A stretch of DNA of 64,000 nt, taken from Alphaproteobacteria bacterium. Its GTDB lineage: Bacteria > Pseudomonadota > Alphaproteobacteria > MPNO01 > UBA830. The notes under the pieces were generated by a model. That model was not told where the DNA came from. It saw only the letters and a program-made list of their open reading frames with translations, and did no database searches. Each line of letters opens with the position of its first letter. Position 1 is the stretch's first letter. This document shows positions 63,713 through 64,000 of this stretch, piece after piece. The position numbers were made by a program, and so were the translations under genes. The DNA lies in assembly GCA_964291215.2 (NCBI GenBank), contig OZ219790.1:896001-960000 (forward strand). Direction: 5' to 3'.

Positions 63713-64000
63713 TCAAGACCTCCGGGCCGCCGCCGAACGAAGACGGACGGAAAGCAGTTCGTAGGCCATGATCGCGAGGCCGCATGCCACGCCAGCCGCA
63801 TTGACCAGCGCAGCCGCATCGAAAATCTCCCAAGGCAACATGGCACCAAGACCCGCCGCGGCGAGAACCAGGCGAAGAGCAACATGAAGCGGGCGCACCA
63901 AATACCCGACCACGGCAAGCGATGCCAGATAGGTCCCTATCACCGCGGTGACGACATTGATCAGGATGTCGGCCGGCTCGCCAATCAGGATCAGGGTCGG
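63713..64000 (-). CDS. C-terminus of a fused TRAP (4TM/12TM) permease, partial
   Basis: Hydrophobic C-terminal segments (PTLILIG...LAVVGYL..L...LRL) directly upstream of the TAXI gene. Confidence 0.7.
   Translation of the reverse strand, partial: PTLILIGEPADILINVVTAVIGTYLASLAVVGYLVRPLHVALRLVLAAAGLGAMLPWEIFDAAALVNAAGVACGLAIMAYELLSVRLRSAAARRS

Noticed and set aside
1-64000. CRISPR array, tRNA or rRNA genes
   Set aside because: No regularly spaced repeat-spacer series, cloverleaf or rRNA-like sequence was seen; the repeats found are IS- or MITE-derived

Overview
High-GC bacterial DNA; gene content suggests an alphaproteobacterium, possibly host-associated, but this is inference. The window has two halves. 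(1) About 1-31.6 kb is a graveyard of nested insertion sequences: IS66, three IS630, two IS1634, IS256, IS5, ISAzo13, two ISAs1, an ISNCY/IS5-like element, DUF4338-fused transposases, a group II intron and two kinds of MITE. Their termini and target-site duplications (TSDs) are often intact, while their ORFs are eroded by many short deletions, often at microhomologies. A few intact genes survive among them: a flavin monooxygenase, a VanA-like Rieske oxygenase, an SDR, hipBA and a DNA adenine methyltransferase (MTase). (2) About 31.7-64 kb holds intact metabolic genes: TRAP, TTT and TAXI transporters, arsR-arsC-aquaporin, pyk, crotonases, a GalD/RraA cluster, a 4-chlorobenzoate-CoA-ligase-like enzyme, and an HTH-methyltransferase/metF/MetE-like/rhodanese cluster. 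The best candidate for an undescribed system is a family of single-transposase IS66 elements that carry a compact Dam-like MTase with almost no target-recognition domain. There are three copies in two divergent subfamilies, each with a perfect 8-bp TSD. In one copy the MTase is intact while the transposase has decayed. All family assignments come from recognising motifs by eye, not from database searches.
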